Source: Chrysomallon squamiferum
Lineage: Eukaryota > Animalia > Mollusca
Direction of reading: 5' to 3'
Assembly: GCA_012295275.1 (NCBI GenBank)
Contig: CM022672.1
Coordinates: 620,001 to 684,000 of the forward strand
Length of the DNA stretch: 64,000 nt
Shown: piece by piece, positions 57,345-64,000 of the stretch
Layout of the letters: every line of letters starts with the position of its first letter
Position numbering within the stretch: the stretch's first letter is position 1
Program-made: the position numbers and the translations under genes
The notes under the pieces: model-generated
The model's database searches: none
Told to the model about the DNA's origin: nothing
The model's input: the letters and a program-made list of their open reading frames with translations, nothing else

Positions 57345-60300
57345 AAAACAAACAAAATGAAAACCTCAATAAATATATAAGACTAAAGTGATAATGAGCT
57401 TACATTTTCACATTTCTGATTCATTCTGAAATTATTTACCATCATAAAATTCATTATATATTTTTTTTTTTTTTTTTTGAATGGAAGATTTGGTGGTGGT
57501 TTTTATTTGTATTTATTAACTGTTAAACCAAATGTAAGTATCTGGTATGCCACAACCAATGAATTCCAAAGTTAATAAGTTAAGACTGATTTAAGTGATC
57601 AGTAGAACTGACATTTACTGGGCTGTTCAGATTTTTGTCTACACAGTAATAAAACTACAACAACACAGCACAACAGAGATTATTTCATTACAAACATACT
57701 GCATTATTTAGTAGTATTTATTATTATCTAGGAAGATTTCTAACAGAAAAACAACAGTGTGACGAAAGGCTTTTCACTTGTAAAATTATTATTACTACTG
57801 AAATATGATGGTATTAACTTTTAAAATTGTCATCGGTTGAGGTATAAAAAAAAAATATATCAACAAATCACTGTTACAAATCTTCCCATTTCTGCCCGTG
57901 TTCTCGATTGAAATTAAAATAATCTTTGCTGCTGACTGAAAAAAACAAAACACATCAAGTTATTTAATTTTTATAAGTTATTAGCAACCATTATTTGAAT
58001 CAATGAACCATAACTTTCAAGTACAGCAAGTGTTCTTGACAATAAGTCTAAAACTGAGATATAAACCATTATTAATATATACTGTGATTAAGTTATTTAA
58101 TGGTGGTTCTAAAATCTTTCTTGACTGTATTCCGCAGAGAGGATACACCTTTAAGCTAATCAAATGAAAAATCGATAAATGACATTAATGGTAAGAATGG
58201 ATTAATAATTAATCTGCTTTCTAAATGTTTTCTCTTTCCATTATCTCAAGTGAAGTTTGAAATGATTAAGAGGTTTTTTTAATTACAACATTTTCCTCAT
58301 TTATTCCCTTTTTAATATTCTCCAACACAGAGCGAGACAGAGACTGAAGGAAATGACAGAAATGAAGTTATGAGATACCCATTATGTGCAAGTTTTATGT
58401 TTTTTACTGTCAAAAAGTTTAGCACTCTTCTTTTCACAAAATATTCTATTAAAGCTAAATTATGAATCACATCACTGTACAGAAATTAATTGTCTTTTTC
58501 TTTCTAGGTGGTTGTTGGGAGTTTCTTGGGGTTTTTTTATTTGAGGTTTGGTTTGTGTCTTCTTTCTTGGCAGTAAATAAAGAAGATATCAGTTTCAACA
58601 AATTGAAGAATTTTGTTTATTAGGTCTTTGAAACTGTTAACATGTTTATCTCTGTTACTATTAAAGATAAATTGTTCCTGTCTTACAAAAGTTACATGTT
58701 TTCAGTTCACTTTCTTGTTATATCTCTTTAACTTCCATGTACTGTGTCTGTTTGTCCCTGCACCATCTATGCTGTCATCAGATGGTGTAAAATTCCTGTA
58801 TATCTTCATCCATGCTTCTCTCTATATTTGTTTTGTTTTTTATTCTCATCCCTTCTTCCCAAGGGATTTGTTTCTACTTTTACTTGGTATTAAAATACAC
58901 AACGAGGCTACCTGGATTATTTTTAGCAGTGTATGATTGTCTACAAACTGAACAATATGATACATACAAGCATATTCACAATTTGTTTGGAGAACAGTAG
59001 GTTTGTTTCAGACTTGCAGTAATAATTTGTAGTTGATAAGGCATCAGAAAGAAACAAAATAAAAATAAATACACTGTACTAGAAGAATTTTATTAATATT
59101 AACATGTGTTTGTGTGAATATAGTTGAATATTTGCTCATTTTTATGAAAACATTCTGTATAGAAAACAAAGTTTATCATCAAAATAAATCCAAAGTATTT
59201 TGTTTACATTAATACTAAGTTATGAAAAATAAATGTTTGTCTCATTAGAAATCAAGATATGTCAAAGATGGTGTTATTTTCAGTTAACTGCAATAAACAA
59301 TGAACAGTGTCACAGGTACAATCTAATTCCAGTCTGTTGCACAAAAGTTATAAGACAGCTAAAAACATAGTATAATTTGCTGTTGTGTTCTGAATACACT
59401 GCTCACAACAAATCAAGATACTTATATTTTGTTTCTGTCAAACCTCTGAAGTGAAATAACATGTCGAGTATTGTTTAAAATAAAAAACCCTGTAATTTAT
59501 GAGTAGCTCAATTCATTTTATACTGGAAACTTGGTGTGGATTACCCCTTGTAATATTTTTCCTTTAGCTCTAAGTCACGTATAGTGTCTCATTTTATAAT
59601 CAATCAGAAATATATATATATGGCTTGTAAGAAATATATATATATATATTTTCAGTAACAGTTAAAAAGTATACAACAAAACAAATATTTGCAAAAACTT
59701 TTACTTATCAACACACTGTTCTAATCTCTTTAGTTATTTCTCTATATACAACTGAATTCTTAATGTCAGTTTGTTTAAAATTTGACATTGCCATTGGTAA
59801 CAGGAAAGGCCTTATGAACAGTAACTACAGCAACAACAAAAAAAAAAAAAATAAAAAATTAAAAATATAAAAAAAATAAAAAATTAAATGTTTTTTGTTT
59901 TTAATGTGTACATCTTCCAATGTATTATCATCTACTTGAAACATATGTAACAACAAATAGTTGTACTTGCCATTGTATATAAACAGAATCAAGATGGTTG
60001 TATCTGCCAATGTATATAAACAGAATCAAGATGGTTGTAATTTCCAATGTATATAAACAGAATCAATTAACTAATGACGACTACTGTTTTTTTGTTTTTT
60101 TTTATGTATGTGCCCATCTGTAAATGTTGTACAGCTTTGATAAATTGCTTTTTAAATTTACAAACAGCAGATACTTATAACAAACAAAAACATAAAGTAC
60201 CAAAAAACTGCAACAGTAGTAATAATACTAATAATACTAATAATAATACTACTACTACTAATAATAATAATAAACATCCCACATAATTATCTATATCAAT

Positions 60301-61797
60301 TTGCTGCCATCTACAATTAGTAATTCATAAAATTAATATTCATAAATATTTTTATAGTTATCTTTTCTTAGTATTTAGGAATATTTTTAAACAACACTTT
60401 TATGATTATAAATATTAGAATTGTTGTAGATTATTATTATTTTTTGTCTGATAATACTGCAGATCTCTCTCTCGCACACACACACACACACACACACACA
60501 AACACGTGCACTTGCCCAGTCCTAAACATTATTCAAACATAAAATTCTTCAATTTTCAGTTAAATAAAATATGTTGATAAAACCAGATGTTCTCATCATG
60601 ACAAGAGTTGCAGATTATTTATCAGTTTAATTATGAATATAAATTCACAAGATTGAAAAAAAAGTAGATTGTGTACCAAAGTAAATAACTGTTAATAACT
60701 GTAGCCACATGTTTCTCAAACAATATCGTAAATAGTAAATTAGTATATAACTGAATTCACTAGGCATTTTTACTAATAATTTACTAATATATACAATAGT
60801 GAAATTCAATTAACAGATAAAATAAGCTGTATTTTTAAAGTTTGCATTTTTTTTAAATACTGTCATATATAGTTTATGATCTCAAAAGGTAAACTGTTGG
60901 TACAAAGTTTATGATTTATTTTTATCCACACTGGTTTTCTGACAGATGTTACTGACAATGTTTGTTTTTGTATTTTTTATTTTTTTAATGTACTATGTTG
61001 TTTTATAAATTCATCAAATAAACATACATGTTGAAAAACACAAATACTGACTGAACTTGGCTTAAATAAATAAAATAAATGTGCAGCAGACACTCATTAG
61101 TGAAAAATAAATACATTTATTACATATGGTTTTATCACGCTGGACAAATGAAGAATCTTTTCAGACTTAGTGAAATGTTCTGGGCTACTTTCTCAGCTGA
61201 GATGTTAACAATATGAATTCATTTGTTCATTTTTATCTGACCTGACTACATCAGTTCAAATCCTTAACACAATTTTAATAAAGATTAATTTTATTATTAC
61301 TCTGAAAAAGCTAAAGTAAACAATTCAATACATTTTCCTGTACATTGTATCAACACTCATGTCAGTAAACTTCAACTGAAATGGCATTTTCCTTGGGATT
61401 TTGTTTTTCATCAATATTTGGTTAAACTGAAATATTCTATTTTGCTTTAAGTATGTTTTAAATTACAGTATTTGACTAAGCTGAAATATATATTGTCTTA
61501 TTCTTTTAATGAGTGTCTAGCTGATTCACGTTAACAACTGAAATATGTTAAAAACAAAGCATGCAGTATACTGTTGTTCTAGTATATCTGTGACATCTGA
61601 CTCCTTTTTTCAAATCAAAAGAACCACAAAAGGCAAAACTAACAATGGAAGCAGTAACAGATAGCAAAGAATAGTGCACTTTTTAAGCAACACTGATAAA
61701 GTATGGAAATCTATTTTTCATTTATTTACTGCTTTAAATCTTAACTTCTTGTAAGTAATAAAAACAAATTATCAAATCAATATAAGAATAGACTTAC

Positions 61798-61806
61798 TGA
61801 GTGAAA
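61798..61806 (-). CDS. Candidate 9-nt frame-preserving microexon
   Basis: ttattttttaatctttcAG|TTTCACTCA|GTAAGT: consensus acceptor and donor 9 nt apart. Confidence 0.35.
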
Positions 61807-63918
61807 CTGAAAGATTAAAAAATAATGTTAAGATCTGTCTATTCTAACAGCTACATTAATGGACAGGATATATCAGAACACTGGCCTTGTTGGCTGACAG
61901 AAGAGTATTAAAACATTTACTTTTTTCATTAGAATTTTCCTCTTAGTGTTTTGCAGCATAATTCTATAAATTGAGACAACTAGCAAAATTTTAAACAAAA
62001 CAAATTATGAACTACAAAATAAAACTGCTTTAGCAATAGGCAGTATTATAAGTCTCATTAAGACATAGCAAAGAGTTTGTTCTCTCACATTTTATTATTT
62101 TTTACAAGTAAAGGTCAAAATATGCTATTCATCTATCAGACTGTTACTGCTGTACATTCATAAGCAGATTTTAAAATATTTCTAAGTCATATTTTTTTTA
62201 ACTAACTGCAGCTTGACTAGGCATGTGATGTCTGTCTACTGATGTTTTGTCTGTAAGGTTGTTCATTTTTATTTAATGAAAATATTTCTTATTAAAACTT
62301 TCACAGATATTAGATGATAAAATGTTAATTCGCAGACATTATTCACTCAAAAACTAAAGCATAAATTATTGCAAAACTAATTTACATCTTTCTTTTTTAA
62401 AACTAATTTTTTATGTTTGTAGCATTTTTTTTTTTGGCGATTTTGCTACATGTTTGATAGCGAAACTGTTCTACTATACTGTAAGGATTAAAAACTACTA
62501 ATAAAAGAAAGACAAAGAGCTGTTTTAGAAGATTCTACAGCATTATTTTGCAAAATAAATTAGTTTTAATTAATGTGCAGGTTGTTTTCTACAGCACTAT
62601 TCCAAAGTTAAATGGCAAAAAACCTCAGAAATATCTAAACCATACCTCCTATTAGTCTAGTATGATTTGAAATTGTCTTTTGAATAAGCATACTTTAATT
62701 ATTATTTTTTTAAATATATTCAGCTTGAATGCATGTTTCTATTTCCCCCCAACTTTCCCCTACTTGTCAGTGTGGTTACCTACAGAGTATGTATCTTGCT
62801 GAACAGCAGTTAGTTTCAATTTGTGTGTTACTGTGTATTTGTTTTTCTTTTTTCTGGGTTACCAGTTGGGTTGTATTCAGTGCTTCTGAACTGACATTTT
62901 TGTCAGTCTTACTTAAACTTTGTCAAGTCAGTACTGTGTGTACATGACAAATAAGGATATGCAAGCATTTGCATATGTATTTCTATTTCAAAACAATCTG
63001 ACTGGTGCAAACAGGATAACATAAACCAATAAAAATATGCAAAACATGTGACCTGTTTACTTATAAATTATATCATTATTATTATTTTTGTTGTAATTTT
63101 AACTACTGACACCTTTAACATACAAATAACAGCAGTGGAAATAGTTTATCTTATAAAATTTGAGTCTTTTAATAATTATTTTTATTTCCTGAGCAAAATG
63201 ATGAATATAAAACACAAATTTTTTAACCAGAAACATATCCTGAACAATTTTAGATGTACAGTGACTCAAATATCATAACTTCCTCACATTAAAACTTAGG
63301 CGTCTATGAGACAGACTGGCACAATTTTACAAACAGCTTGACAGCAAGACTGAACTTCAGCTTTGTGAGAGATTTAAACAAATTTACTTATTATCACATT
63401 AGAATATCTGCAAATATTGCAATTATATTAAGAGCAAAAGCTCTAAAAAAAAAAAAAAAAGTTACAACAAGTACTGCACTAATTTTCAGTGTCAATGTCA
63501 AGTTTTTAATGAAAGTTTCTATCAGCTATTACACGTGACAAACTACAAGATCTCCAAAACCTTACCCATTACATTTTATTTACTACATTTTTCTCAGACT
63601 GACTGAATCCTTTTCAACAAACCTAGTATGGGAAAACAAGAAAGATATCTGGTATTGTTTGTACATTATTAATGTACAGAAAATGTCAATCCACATTTAC
63701 ACGATAACAAGCTCAGTTCAAAAATAGGTGAATGCTAAGCTGGTAAATAAATTTAAAATGACCTTTAGAAAATTGTGTTCATACACCCTAATGGGCTCTG
63801 ACTGATGTTATGTGTAAGAGGGTAAAAATAATGGATGTAATAGAACGTCAAACTGCAGTTTACTAATTGTCTAGCTGTCACAGATACACTAACAACCAAA
63901 ATAAGTAAAAACACTTAC

Positions 63919-63971
63919 TGATTATCCCAAGATGCACCACCATCTGTTGTATTTCCAGAATGCAGTGTTTC
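63919..63971 (-). CDS. Candidate last shared (constant) exon of the zinc-finger gene
   Basis: ttttttttcacAG| 53 nt |GTAAGT (63918-63913). Read from the first base it gives ETLHSGNTTDGGASWDN+CA, which exits in phase 2 and matches all ZF acceptors. Confidence 0.55.
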
Positions 63972-64000
63972 CTGTGAAAAAAAATGGCACCTGAATAAGA

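Noticed and set aside
58613-58936. Purine-rich minus-strand stretch with 'KTCNFCK' as a coding relic
   Set aside because: Stops in all frames and no family signature.
57087-64000. BTB/POZ domain exons for the ZF gene
   Set aside because: None recognisable in the window, so no gene symbol (lola, ttk, fru, br) is assigned.

Overview
AT-rich, microsatellite-dense eukaryotic genomic DNA with spliceosomal introns, probably invertebrate. A mollusc or other lophotrochozoan is my inference and cannot be proven from the window. The left part (1-21 kb) holds two paralogous rhodopsin-class neuropeptide GPCR genes of the ETH-receptor/PRXamide type, arranged tail-to-tail with the same intron position. 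The right part (34-57 kb, minus strand) holds an array of 11 short open exons plus one decayed copy. Each open exon encodes a pair of tramtrack/fruitless-like C2H2 zinc fingers and ends in its own stop codon. Each also begins at a polypyrimidine-CAG splice acceptor in intron phase 2. This looks like a cassette of mutually exclusive alternative 3'-terminal exons of one transcription-factor gene (lola/broad/fruitless/mod(mdg4)-style). A candidate shared upstream exon with a phase-2 GTAAGT donor sits at the right edge (63919-63971), and a candidate 9-nt frame-preserving microexon lies at 61798-61806. The window also contains a TA-flanked MITE, a ~106-bp hairpin, several minisatellites, and an apparent CpG-rich to CpG-poor transition near 31-32 kb.
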